Positions 25,824 to 38,098 of a DNA stretch of 64,000 nucleotides are shown here, in pieces. Source of the DNA: Trichoplax adhaerens (lineage: Eukaryota; Animalia; Placozoa). The position numbers and the translations under genes were made by a program. Every line of letters begins with the position of its first letter. Position 1 is the first letter of the stretch. The notes under the pieces were generated by a model. The model was not told the origin of the DNA. It did not search any database and was given only the letters and a program-made list of their open reading frames with translations. The stretch is taken from the NCBI RefSeq assembly GCF_000150275.1, contig NW_002060947.1, positions 5,834,855 through 5,898,854 on the forward strand. Direction: 5' to 3'.

Positions 25824-27402
25824 TCAGGATGTCGTCCATATTGATAATTTAAAGTGAAATTAGTCCTAGTTAAATAAAGTCCTGTATGAATATTTCGCTA
25901 TTATTACTTTACCTGCTAATTAGCTTTATTACTTGTTTCGTTTAAAATATCATTATATTTGCTAAATTATTTCCAAACTGATACTACTGCTATTGGGTAC
26001 ATTATTAATAAATCTGACGCATCAGGAATCTGAAATATCGTACTACCTTAATATTTAAATTCACGTTTCATATTCATTACCGTTTACGTCAGTTTTGCTA
26101 AGTAGAAAGGAATGAAGTTTTCTCTTCACTTCCAGAAATAAAGGATTTAATCGTAATCGTACACTATGTGGTCAAGCGATATTTCAGGCTTGATTACCGA
26201 CTGCTTTAATAGCAAGAAATATTACTAAAAGTGATACAAATTGACCACGAATTAATTTAATTACTGTCAGATTTATTTACCATACAGTGTAAATTTATCT
26301 ACCGTTACAATTATCAGAAGCTGTGCTAATTCTTCATTTCTAAATTTAAGTATTATCGATAGAGATGGACTATAGCACCAAGTAAGACGCTATATGCATT
26401 GTTTAAATTTAATTTCATTAAAACTTTGTATGATTAATTTAAATTTATGAAAGTTGCTACTCAATCAGCTTTGTTTACTCTAATTGTTTATCTCTACTTA
26501 TTAAAGTTTACGTTTATTTAGACAATACCTACTGACGTCATTAAATCAAAAAATCTAAATTGCACTGATTCTATCCTTTTAATGGTCCATAATTAAAAAA
26601 CGTATCGAAGTTTTGAAATGTTAGTAAGATTCGAAAGATTGCTTTACCTCTTTATTTGCATTGAAATTGCCACAAAATGTTTGTAATACAATTATTGAGC
26701 ATTCAAGGCATACGTAATAAAACAGAAATAAAGACCAATTTCAACCTTTTGAATGCGATATGGTAATATTTATATTGGCAGTTGCTAGAATAATCATGTC
26801 ATGCAAGCAAATAATTTAAAAAAGAATTTTAATTATTGATAGTAGAACTAGCAATAAGATAGATCGTTTGCTTAAATCTATTATTATATTACCAATCAAG
26901 TACCCATTCAAGTAAACGGGAACGCATTCAACACAGAACATTACACTAAAACAAAATTCACAGCTAATTCATTATTATCTGTTAGCATCCTCGATAATTC
27001 TAATTATTTATAAAGGAACCCAGTAATAAGGTATATTATTTAATGAAAGCTATTATTAAATTATATGATGAAATTGTTTATATGCCATATGAATACGTTT
27101 TTATATTCTACTACTGTCATAAATAGACAACAATACCATAAAAGCTGCCATAAAACTTGTATTAATATACGCAGGCATATAAATTTGAAACATTCTCAGA
27201 GTAGCTATTTAATCAAGTTGTTTGATCAAAAATGTGAATTCTAAACGAATAACAGGACAAATAATAAGAAACTATAATAATGTTTCAGCTTCGTTAATAT
27301 TCGATAACTAGCATATGATGATATTCGCTTAGAAAGATGGATTACAAATTTTGCTCTTCCGCTATTTCCTTATTGTAATCCTTCGTGCATGTTGATATTG
27401 CC

Positions 27403-28660
27403 TTAAATTTTATTCGTATTAAGCTGTTGAAGGACGTACGAATAGTCCAGTGATCGTAGTAACGAATAGGCATCACGCGCAACATCATCATCTTTTGATT
27501 GTATTAAGCAAAACACATTTGGAATAATATCTTGAATAGAAAAAAATGATATTTTCCCCAAAAAAGCTTTAGTAATCGAGAACATGAACAAGGAAATTGA
27601 ATTGAGGTCAGTCAGAAATACAAGTGTTTTAATATCAGCAAACGGGTTTAGCTCTATTTAAGACATATTCTAGATGTTAAGTTCTATAATTTACTTGTGG
27701 TACATATTGCACTGCCATTATCTTTGCTTTCTCGAGCAAGCGTAATTAGTAGTAGTAAAATGGATCTCTGAAGTTTATACCTAAAAATTAAAATAAATAA
27801 ATTTTCCAACCTATTAAAGTTAGCAGCATGACTTGGATTATGTGTAATTTTTGAAGAACTTACACTTTGCTGTTTCGATAAATCGTCCAAGTGAGTAGTT
27901 CGTCCAAATCAAAGATTATACTAGAATCAATAGAATACATGTTTACATCAAATACCAGTGTAATAGAATCAGCCATGCAATTATCATTTAATTAAGTAAC
28001 TTTAATATCAAACAAGTAATAATAGACTTCATACATAAAAAGCAAGTGAATTATTTTAGTTATCAGTATGAAAAAGGTTGCCAGCTGCTTGCAACTATGC
28101 TTATTTTAGGTTTTGATGATGCATTACCTTTTCAAATATAATATCCGATATACTGATGGCAACAGTAAGATAACTTTGCTTCAAATAAACGAATGAGAGT
28201 AGTACCTTAGAATCAATGGCTATATCGAGAATTACAATGATCTAAGACTGCATGTTTATATTATAAATGCACTCATTCCATAAGTGGTAATGGTTGTAAT
28301 AATTCATTTTGTTTCAATAATTGTAATTATTCATTTTTGTTTTGCTATGATTAGTGAATAAAACTATCGTAAATGTTTATTATTTTTTCTTACCATGTAT
28401 TCAAAAATTCTTCATAACTGGATTCTTCACCAGCTTTAATAGCTGCACAAATCTGCATGTTTATATATACAGCATCATATTACTTTACTTTGAAGAAATT
28501 CAAATACTTCTTTTCATGAATGCTAAGCAATTGGGCATACCTTTTTTAGTTGTAGCATTTTCCGTTGATATTTATGAGTAAAACTACCAATTTATGGAGA
28601 TGTCTAAGAAGAAGATGTTGAATTTCAGAACCGAGCAAGGGCAGCTTTTGCAGAAATGCT
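27403..28660 (-). pseudogene. Truncated importin-alpha-like ARM gene, copy 1 (probably degenerate; 5' end unresolved)
   Basis: Exons 28588-28660 (AFLQKLPLLGSEIQHLLLRHLHKL), 28394-28452 (ICAAIKAGEESSYEEFLNT), 27695-27780 (YKLQRSILLLLITLARESKDNGSAICTT), 27403-27530 (IIPNVFCLIQSKDDDVARDAYSLLRSL..*). The 59-nt and 86-nt exons and their phases match the 35-36 kb paralog. The two middle exons (about 28130-28180 and about 27940-27990, LLHW motif) do not splice cleanly. Confidence 0.62.
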
Positions 28661-31600
28661 CTAACTTGTTATTCTGTAACATGAAATTTCGCCAAAAATT
28701 AAAAGAAGTATCAAAAATTGAGTGATAAATCTTGTTTCGATATTGCCAATAGCTATCCTCTAACTCCGTTCGGTTCAGTTAACAAAAAATTCGGGACTGG
28801 ACCGGACGAGTGGCAGTTCAGCTCAGAGTCGATTTTGAGTCGATTCGTGGGGATAAGTAATTGAAAGTACAATATTGATATTTCATAAATCTTAACATTG
28901 CTCTGTTCAGCTAATTTACTTCAAGCATATTACCACGTATTAAATTTTATAATTGATTGATTAGAAAAAACGCCCAAGATTAACAAGATAAGTCGTTGTA
29001 CCTAGAAATTTCAAAGAATAAAAAGGCGGTTAGCCTCGCTTCAACAGAAAATATAACGAATAGAAATCCGTTAAAGCAGCATTTAATTAGTTACATGTTA
29101 GCAATACTCAAATAGTAATAATAATTCGTTTTCAAAGCCGAGATATTATCAGGAGAATTATTCAATTTATGCCTAATGACTTTAATTGCATGTAAAATAT
29201 TCTATCGTTGTATAGAGTTGAGTAGTAACAGTGAAGGCCGAGTAGAAAAACGTTTGATTTATATATATGAATTGCAGGTATACTACATTTTCGGAGACTG
29301 ACGCTAACTGTCAGTGACAACAGCGCTTAGTGACTCCACCATTATCTTCTGCTTATCGGTATAGCCACGATCTAAGAACGTATTCTGATTTTTCAAAGGA
29401 AAATTTGATTACGGAAAGATGTCTTGTAATAAATTGGGATAAATATTCCAATGAAACAGTCTACGGAAAGAGTGCAAGCACTCGTGAAATTAGAATATGG
29501 TACTTTTCAAAAAATGTCGTAGTGTAAAACGAAGGATATCATTATTAACTTGATAAATTAAAGTAAAATTTTCTTTTTGGATACGTATTAGACTAGTAAG
29601 TGAGCTAGATGTGGTGACAAGTTGGGGATGACCTAAATAATGTGTGATATGCAGTAGGGTGACATCAGCTTGTTCGTGCTAATTTGATTGGTTTTTCAGG
29701 GATCAGTGAAAATGCAGTAACTACCAGGTATTGACTAGCATAACATTGTGAATTTACTCAGCAGGTTTCACAGATCAAACTGCACTCAAAATATTGGAAG
29801 TAATTCTTCTTCCAATAGTTGTCTTTAATCCATAACTACCATAATTAAAACCGAATGGTTATGAGAGAATTTTTTGAATTTCTTGACTGGGGTGATAATC
29901 AGTTTCAGTAGCGTAATAGAGCAGTTTAATTGATCTAAAAGAGACATGAAGGAAAGCAGTACATTTTTCAAGGTTAATCAGCGAGATATACGTGTACATA
30001 TTGTGCTGGCTTTACCGAACGTGTAACACATATTAATTCTTAAGAAAAATAGTATAGGAAAGAAAGTTTTATTAAATAAACATTACTGCTTTAGATATCT
30101 TCTAAAGCTTTGGCTATAATTCTAAGAAATGGTCACAGATTATTTCACAATCGTACATGATCTTACTGGATATTCTATTTGCTGTATTTCTCTGGAGAGT
30201 CAAGTGGATTCATTTCGAAAAATCTTAAATTTTATTGAATGTAAATCATTTTCAGTCAGTTACTGCGATCATCACTTAACGAGTAACATTTAATGTTAAT
30301 AGGTAAATTATTGTAAATGAAAAGGTGCAAGAATTATAGTGGTCGGAATTTTATGACCAGTATATAAAATTCCGGTGAAGTTATGTTCCGTTAGATAGTA
30401 ACAAATCTTTTAGGGTTATAATGGAGCTCTAAATTAACTTAATATTAAATTACTGGATTGTATGAAAATAGATGAATTAAGCGTTTGATAGTAAGATTAT
30501 GCCAGTATCTATTCCCAGATGATATTTGCGACTCCAATTGCAGCCTTTTTTACAGCTATGAATCCATTATAACTATAGATATTACTAGATTGCAATTCGT
30601 AACATATCATCATAAAGATTTAATTGTGATACTTTAATAGAAAGCGATATATATTAAATATAATAGATTGCACGACATTGAATTTAGCCTGATCTCGCAA
30701 CTTGGTAAGATATAATAGTATTACGAAGAGCAATCTTGTGATAAGTTAGACGGTTGTAGACTGAAGATAGATAGTCTGATCGCAGCTACATAGTCCTTGA
30801 TAATTATAGGATGGACGTAATCAAAGCAATAAAGTCAAGTTTACATGAAAATTGTAATTCTTGTTTTATTATTTTGAAGACACGTTATGACAATAGTGCT
30901 TGATTATCCGGTAAAGCATCTGCTAAACAAGATCGTGGACTGTTAAGATTGATGATAAGAATAAATTACAACGTAAACAATTTGTCTCTTAATCAATAGG
31001 CAATAGATTTCAGATTTTTAAAAATTACCGTAGATAAACTATTTTACCTGGCACTCGGAATCTATCAATTTCATTTAGGCATAGAGTATTAGCATTTATT
31101 AAGATGATTAGAAAGTAAAAAAATACAGCAAATAAGATCAATAAATTGATTTAAAATGTTTATTTCTTTACAAGAGATAAATATATCTGTTTGCCATACT
31201 TTTATGGGCGAATACATTTTTCTTAAAAAACGAATTGGCTATTTCGTGATTACATTGCCAATGCAACAAAATTTAAATGACACGTTTGGTAATCTATTTC
31301 TATCTTAAAACGTGAGCAAATGACATTTATTAAGTATAATTTAATGCTTGCTAAAAAATTGTAATTTTATTCAGAGTATTTTATAATTCAATTTACTTTC
31401 TCACCCGGTGTTATTTAATTTTCTGGTTATTAGGGCTTAGAAATAAATTTAATTAAATATCTCATTAAAAATTGATAAAATAATGCAATGAATCTATTAC
31501 TGTACTCTTTTCATGGCGATTATGTCATGATTGGATGATGAACGTCACGTGCCTACGGAGTGATAAAGGATCATGCAGTGAATTGTAATGCCTTTATAAT

Positions 31601-31902
31601 ACCATATACTTTTATTAATGATGGCTATAGTCTGCTTCTATAGATTAAAAGCTATTTTTTTCCGTGGTACGGTCTATTAATTTAACAGAACTATTTGTAA
31701 TTATTTGAAGGTTATAGGACGGTTGTAATGGTGAGAGAAATTATAAGAGAGAAAGCAACATTCTAAATAATTTGGAGTGAGTGGTTATCAGAAGTACATT
31801 GATCCCGTTTTATTTTCACCTTATTTTCTGGTTACTTTAGATGATATCCTATTGCCAGTTTTAAAGGTTGTGTACTTAATCAAATAAGTTTAAATTAATC
31901 AA

Positions 31903-34629
31903 ATGACCGAGTTGCCCCGGCTGCGTCAAGATGGCGATCTCCAATATTATCGTGGAAGCTATCGGATAGCAAGTATTAAATACCAACAGGTAATTCAAGC
32001 CTATCAGAATGACAATTCTGATAACATTCAAGATGAGGAACGTTATGATGACTTTATTCGCCTATCAGATTGTTTCTGTAAGTTGTATAATTATCAGCAA
32101 GCCTTAAAATATTGCGATATTTGTCATTCTATTGCTGTTAAACTCCATGATAAACTTCGTACTTCGAGAAGTAACGATATCTATGGCGATGTCAAGAGAA
32201 TGCAAGGTCGATATCAGCAAGCAATGGATTATTATCAACAATCTCTTAAAACAAAACTCGAAGTATTAGATGATCATGGTATTGAGATCGGTATATCATA
32301 CTATCAGATCGGTAGAATATACTCATTACAAGGAAAATACAACGATGCTTTGTTATATTTACAGCAATCGTTAGATATTATGCGTGAAGATATGGTAAGG
32401 GTGGTTAATAAGTTAAACATAGGCAAAATTTACAACGAAATAGGATTGGTTTATTGCTCTCAAGGTAAATACAAAGATTGCATTTTTGCACATGAGCAAA
32501 GTTTAAAGGTATATCGTGACGCCGTGGGTGAGAATTGTGTAGGAGTTTGTGAATCATTCAATAATTTGGGATTAGTATATGATTTACAAGGCAATTATGA
32601 TGAGGCAATCGATATGCATCAGAATTCGATACAAATAAAGTTGAACATTATTGGCGAAAATAGTATGGAAGTAGCAGAATCGTATTATAACATGGGAATC
32701 GTATATCGATCAAAAGGCAAATATAACGATGCTAAGACCTGGTTTGAAAAGTGTCTAAGAATTCAGACAGATTTAATAGGTGAAGATAATATTTATGTTG
32801 CCAAAACGCTTAATGGAATCGGTCATGCTCACTTACGAATGGATAATTATGAGGATGCTTCATTGAATCTTAATAAATCGCTGAAAACAGTATCGGAAAT
32901 ATTAGGAGAGAATAGCTTGGAGGCAGCATCCTGTTATAATAATATTGGTCTTGTGTACAATCTGCAGGGTAACTACGACAAAGCTTTATCTCTGCAAGAG
33001 AGAGCATTAAATATTCGACGTGAAACTTTAGGTGATAACCATTTATTGACCGCTGGTTCTTATAGTAACGTTGGAACTATTCTTAATTATAAAGAAAATT
33101 ATGCTGATGCTTTACTTATGTATCAAAAATGCTTAAAAGTTGAGCTAGACATTTTAGGAGAAAGCAGCCTAAATGTTGCTTCGTCGTACGGAGATCTTGC
33201 GTTAGTTTACTACTCTCAAGACAAAATTGACGATGCTATAGAAATGCAGCAAAAATGTCTTAGCATCCAGCAAGATTTAGTTAAAGAGAACAATGAAGAT
33301 GTAGCTATCTCGTTTCAAAACATTTCTGCAATGTATGAGTCCCAAGGTAAATATGATCTGGCACTGTCTATGAGCTTTAAGGCCTTAGATATTCGAAAGA
33401 AATTGTTTGGATGTGATAACTTGAAAGTTGCTACTTTGTATAAGAAAATTGGTATGATCTATAATTCACAAGGTAATTTCGACGACGCAACGGAGATGCA
33501 GCAGAAATGTTTAGATATAGAGCTTGAATGTTTAGATGAAAGTAGCTTTGTAATTGCTACTACATATAATAATATTGGAATCATATATCAGTCACAGGAA
33601 AACTACTTTGACGCTTTAACATATTTTCGTAAAGCCTTGGATATTCGACTAAGGTCGCTATCAGAAAATCCCATCGAAACTTCGGATTTATATGAAAGAA
33701 TTGCTACAATTTTAGAATTACAAGGTAAATCCAGTGAAGCGGTAATTGAGCTTTTAAAAAGTCTAGAAATAAGACAAAAATCGACCAAAGAATATGATGA
33801 AAGCTTATCTGTGTTATATGAAAGGATAGGCAATCTTTATCGCTCGTTGACACAATATGATGATGCGTTGTCCATGTTCAACAGTTACCTGACCTTTGAA
33901 TTAAATCGTAAAGAGGTCGACCCAATTGCTGTTGCAAAGGCCCATAATTCTATAGGCAATATTTACGAATTGGAGAACAATTACGAAGAAGCTGTTAAAG
34001 CCTACCAAAAAGAACTGCATTTATATATAGATAAAGAAGGGCAAGAGTCATTAAATGTTGGTATTATTTATAATGATATTGGATTAGCCTGCTACGCCAA
34101 TTTTAAATTTGATGAAGCTTTGGATTGCTTTAACAAGGCTTTAAACATTAATTTAAAGTTATTTGGAAATCATCACTTAAATATTGCAAAGTGCTACAGC
34201 AATATGGGAGATGTCTATATGTCTAAAGAAGATTGTGAAAATGCATTAGCTATGTACAAAAAGTGCTTAAATATTCAGCTAGATTTATTAGAAGAGAGCG
34301 ATTTAGCTATTTCTGAAACTTGCAATATTATAGCAGGAGTGTACTTTTCGATAGGCAAATATCACGAAGCTGGCGTATTGTTTGAAGAATGCTTAAACAT
34401 TCAAATAGAGAACTTAGGAGAGGAAAATTTACAAGTTGCTACTACGTATTATTGCCTTGGTAATACGTATATGGCTCTTGATGAATTTGATTCGGCTCTG
34501 TATTATCATAAAAGATGTCTAAGTATTAGAAGAAATCTTGCTGGCATACTTAGTCCGGAAGTTGCTCAGTCATTGCGTATGGTGCATACCATGGCTGGCC
34601 GCTCTCGTCGGAATTGCAGTGTCATGTAA
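31903..34629 (+). CDS. 908-aa intronless TPR-array protein with polybasic C-terminal CaaX motif (RSRRNCSVM)
   Basis: Long ORF of about 42-aa repeats (VAxxYNNIGxVYxxQGxYDxALxxxQKCLxIxxxxLGE). No NTPase or other catalytic motif is visible. Confidence 0.93.
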   Translation: MTELPRLRQDGDLQYYRGSYRIASIKYQQVIQAYQNDNSDNIQDEERYDDFIRLSDCFCKLYNYQQALKYCDICHSIAVKLHDKLRTSRSNDIYGDVKRMQGRYQQAMDYYQQSLKTKLEVLDDHGIEIGISYYQIGRIYSLQGKYNDALLYLQQSLDIMREDMVRVVNKLNIGKIYNEIGLVYCSQGKYKDCIFAHEQSLKVYRDAVGENCVGVCESFNNLGLVYDLQGNYDEAIDMHQNSIQIKLNIIGENSMEVAESYYNMGIVYRSKGKYNDAKTWFEKCLRIQTDLIGEDNIYVAKTLNGIGHAHLRMDNYEDASLNLNKSLKTVSEILGENSLEAASCYNNIGLVYNLQGNYDKALSLQERALNIRRETLGDNHLLTAGSYSNVGTILNYKENYADALLMYQKCLKVELDILGESSLNVASSYGDLALVYYSQDKIDDAIEMQQKCLSIQQDLVKENNEDVAISFQNISAMYESQGKYDLALSMSFKALDIRKKLFGCDNLKVATLYKKIGMIYNSQGNFDDATEMQQKCLDIELECLDESSFVIATTYNNIGIIYQSQENYFDALTYFRKALDIRLRSLSENPIETSDLYERIATILELQGKSSEAVIELLKSLEIRQKSTKEYDESLSVLYERIGNLYRSLTQYDDALSMFNSYLTFELNRKEVDPIAVAKAHNSIGNIYELENNYEEAVKAYQKELHLYIDKEGQESLNVGIIYNDIGLACYANFKFDEALDCFNKALNINLKLFGNHHLNIAKCYSNMGDVYMSKEDCENALAMYKKCLNIQLDLLEESDLAISETCNIIAGVYFSIGKYHEAGVLFEECLNIQIENLGEENLQVATTYYCLGNTYMALDEFDSALYYHKRCLSIRRNLAGILSPEVAQSLRMVHTMAGRSRRNCSVM

Positions 34630-35343
34630 TATTCTGTATTAGAGAGTAGGCTCCATTTTGGACCGTGATACTTTTATGGAAGTAAATATCATCATATCTG
34701 TATTTATCTAAGACCTACCAGTCATTTTTTATTTATTTGATCACTCTGTATGTCATATCCGGCTCGACAATAGTGATAATGATCACTTCATTTTTGAGAC
34801 GTATCGTATGTTAATGCTGAATTAATGTATTTTAAAAAAAAGCATTTTATTAACAAATTCATCAAATTTATTACTTCTTTTTTCAGTAATTTTTAAATTA
34901 TACAACTTTAGTGAATCTTTATAAAGCAAATCAAAACTGCCCTGGCAATATAGTTTGATCAGCTATTGCTACGTTCTATTTAGCTTTATTTCCGTATCAA
35001 TTTTACGATAGTCAAAACGTAATTGAAGTATCTATTTTATGAATTAATAAACGACTATAATTATTTATCCTTTTCTGCATTATATTTAAATATTAGTTGT
35101 AGGGGAAAATCGAAGTGAACTCCGCTCATAGAATAGCCACCAACTCATCATTTTATATTACTTATAATACATTTCGCATCTTTTGTAATATAAATTCCCT
35201 ATTGATTGAATTCATTAAATTTATAGTTAACATTTATCAGCACAGTATTGGAAACATGTTTCAGAGCCGCTAAAGCTATGTGAGCAATGGTTTTTGATAG
35301 TGTCTTCGCATATGGTGCTTCTATACATAGCATAAATTTAGAT

Positions 35344-36621
35344 TCAAAATGAGATATTCCGTTGCAACCGTAACATCCTAGATTTTCTTTAAATTATCAA
35401 TAATACAAATAATACAAATTACCATTTCAAGTTTTGTTTGACAACGTTTCTCACCAAAGCAAATGTATCATCAGCAATAACGTCATATTGTGAAAGCATT
35501 AAATGAAACATCCAGTCTAGAGCATCTATGGATAGAGGAATAGTATATTTAAACTTTTTTATGCAAATTATGAATCTTTTACTAATTAAACTAAATTTAG
35601 AAAGCTAAAGTCACGAATCGCATTAAATTACGGCATATGGGTGTAAGTCAAATCGTAATTACGCATTTCTTGCAATATGATCCCGCTTTGTCTTGAACCT
35701 GTACTAAATTTAGCCAAAATTTCTAATATTGCTTTTTGGACGCTATAACTGGGCATGATGTAGTATTGAAAAATTTTGTATCAGTCACGAATATAGGGTT
35801 GGATAGTAATGGTGCTAATGAATTAAAGGAATCTTACCTATTTGTATTGACACTCCAATGCAATAAATCTACCAAGTAATGTAGTTCTCTATTTAAATGT
35901 ACATAATATACATGAAGTTTTTGTTTTACTATGACTTAACGAAAGCAAATACTGCATCTATTTCAGTGAAATCAATCTTTAATATACTAATATACCCAAA
36001 TATAAGATCTGCTAGCACTTCAGCTGGTAGTGACATAAGATAGTGGCTAATTGACAGTAAATAGAACAAATTAATACAAGTTCTTATTGCATATAATTCT
36101 AACATAATAATCGCAAAAAAATTTTATTATTAATGCTCCGAAAGTTTAGTGCCACAGAATTAATTTTTTATAACAACCTTAGCAATTTTTAATTACCATA
36201 AATCAAAGAAATATTCGATAGCATTTTCATCCAACTGCTTAATTCGGTCACACATCTGCAGATGACATAGAGAGTATTTTAAGTGATGGAAAGTACCATA
36301 TTCAAGAATTCACAGAAGAGTCATTCACGAAAACTTGTTTTCCCTCACAAATGACAAGTAAAACTTACAATTTTTAACGACGCCATGTTTGTACTCGATC
36401 TGACGTGTCTTTAACACCTGATTAATTATCAGTGTAGGCCATTTATTGGTAAAAACCAGTAAAATTAATTTAATACGTGAATATTCGGCTTAGATGATAT
36501 TATCATAATTTATAGTTTAGGTAAATTCTTGTATTAATATATTAGTACATACCTTATGCAATAAATCAGTAGCAGAAACACTCCCTGGCAGCAAAGATAA
36601 AATGATTTTGGGAAATTTTAA
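35344..36621 (-). CDS. Truncated importin-alpha-like ARM protein, copy 2 (about ARM1-3; 5' end unresolved)
   Basis: In-frame GT-AG exons 36197-36255, 35996-36046, 35838-35888, 35663-35748, 35423-35525 and 35344-35377 give MCDRIKQLDENAIEYFFDLCHYLMSLPAEVLADLIFGELHYLVDLLHWSVNTNSYSVQKAILEILAKFSTGSRQSGIILQEMHALDWMFHLMLSQYDVIADDTFALVRNVVKQNLKWMLRLQRNISF*. Upstream exons 36553-36621 and 36369-36417 have a phase mismatch. Confidence 0.65.
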
Positions 36622-36916
36622 CTGAAGATCAAATTTGCGCTCACAGAATAAATTAATTGCAAGTCAATGAACAGCCATCAAAGTAGTCTTGTATGGGATT
36701 TTCTATAGGGTACAATAAAGTCACATTTCACTGGTGTAAAGATTGACGTTCAAGTATGACTGAGGGAAAAGGCTGACGCCTTAATTCACGCATCAGATAA
36801 GCAACTTGACAGTGACACGTGTAGTCTGTACTCAATTGAGGATGTCATCCCAACTTTCATCATACTAACACTATAGTAAAAATGGCTCCACTGTCATCAA
36901 CAAGTATATAATCCTG

Positions 36917-37462
36917 CGGTTAAATGATGCTCATGATTATACGAACGATATTATTGTTCAAGAATGAAATACTATAACCATATCTACTGTTAGTCTACAT
37001 TTGAGACCATAAGTGGGCCACCTCATAAACAGTTCTCATGCGTAATGTAATGAAAGTTATTTAGAGATATCGAGGATATTACCAAGACATTTCTAAAGGT
37101 CTATTAGTCAGCTGGTAGGTCATTCTAAAGAGAAGATAAGCGTTATTCTACAAAGGGAAAGTCAAGGTCAAACGTGATATTTCAAATATTAGTGAGACCC
37201 TTCACCTTCATCACCTAGAATACGACCCGACTGGTAAATGACGCTCATGATTGTAAGATTGCTAAATAAGAATTGTTACGATCATTGGTACCGTTGGTAT
37301 GCTACTGAGACCATGAGTTTCGTTATAATGAAATACACTCAAAGGTATTGAGGACATCGTTGTTTAATATAGTTATAAAGGCTTCACTCATTTAATGGAT
37401 CGTTCCAAAGAGAAGATAAACTTCATTCTACAAAGTCAAAGTCAAGACCAACTCGATATTCC
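36917..37462 (+). repeat. Degenerate two-unit direct repeat (about 230-280 bp units)
   Basis: The blocks taaatga.gctcatgatt, tgagaccat, gagga.at and aaagagaagataa....attctacaaag..aaagtcaag..ca appear at 36917-37183 and again at 37233-37462. Confidence 0.7.
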
Positions 37463-38098
37463 CTTAAAGAACTCTGCCGGTCTATGCGAGCTTAAATTCT
37501 CTTGTTGAGTATTTAATGTCTATCAAAGAGCAGTTCAATCTCGCTATAAAATAATGAACTAATATTGCATTGGGTTTCAGTAAATTAAATATTTTAATTA
37601 GAATAAAGCGAAAGATTGCTTTTGAATAGCAAGATAAATTTCATTTTTTTCAGTATCATAATGTTACGCTTCCTGATTCATCTTAAATAATACATTAATG
37701 CTTCAGATCCCAGCAGTTAATCGATAATCTTGTTCAAGTACCAGGTTATTCTTTATGTTAGTCAAAGATTTCTTTTGACTTTGTTGTATTAATTCTTGAT
37801 AAGATGGGCTCAGTTAGGCATCTCTTAAGCATGTAGCGATTGAAAGCGGAATTACAAGATAGCGTTACTTTCATTTGAAAGTATTTCGCTCTTAGACACA
37901 GAGCTACAGTGCAATACCAAATTATCTACCAATGTTACCTATTTTAGATAGCCAAATGACTACCATATGTCTTTGAATATTTACGTTATTCTTAAAATTA
38001 GTTCAGAGTAGCTTAGAATGATTAAAGTGGTCTCTATTGCCTTCCTTTTGGCCGTCTCATAAATAAATTAAAAAATTTTTTGAACGGAAAAATTTATT

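Noticed and set aside
29270-31000. Possible decayed coding sequence between ARM copy 1 and the 908-aa TPR gene, with a short inverted similarity to about 36840-36866
   Set aside because: Stops occur in the frames I read, I could identify no homology, and the match is too short to trust.
31903-34629. Assigning KLC or NPHP3 gene symbols to the TPR genes
   Set aside because: Only the repeat type is shared. There is no KLC heptad region and no NPHP3 coiled-coil or NTPase domain, so orthology is unsupported.
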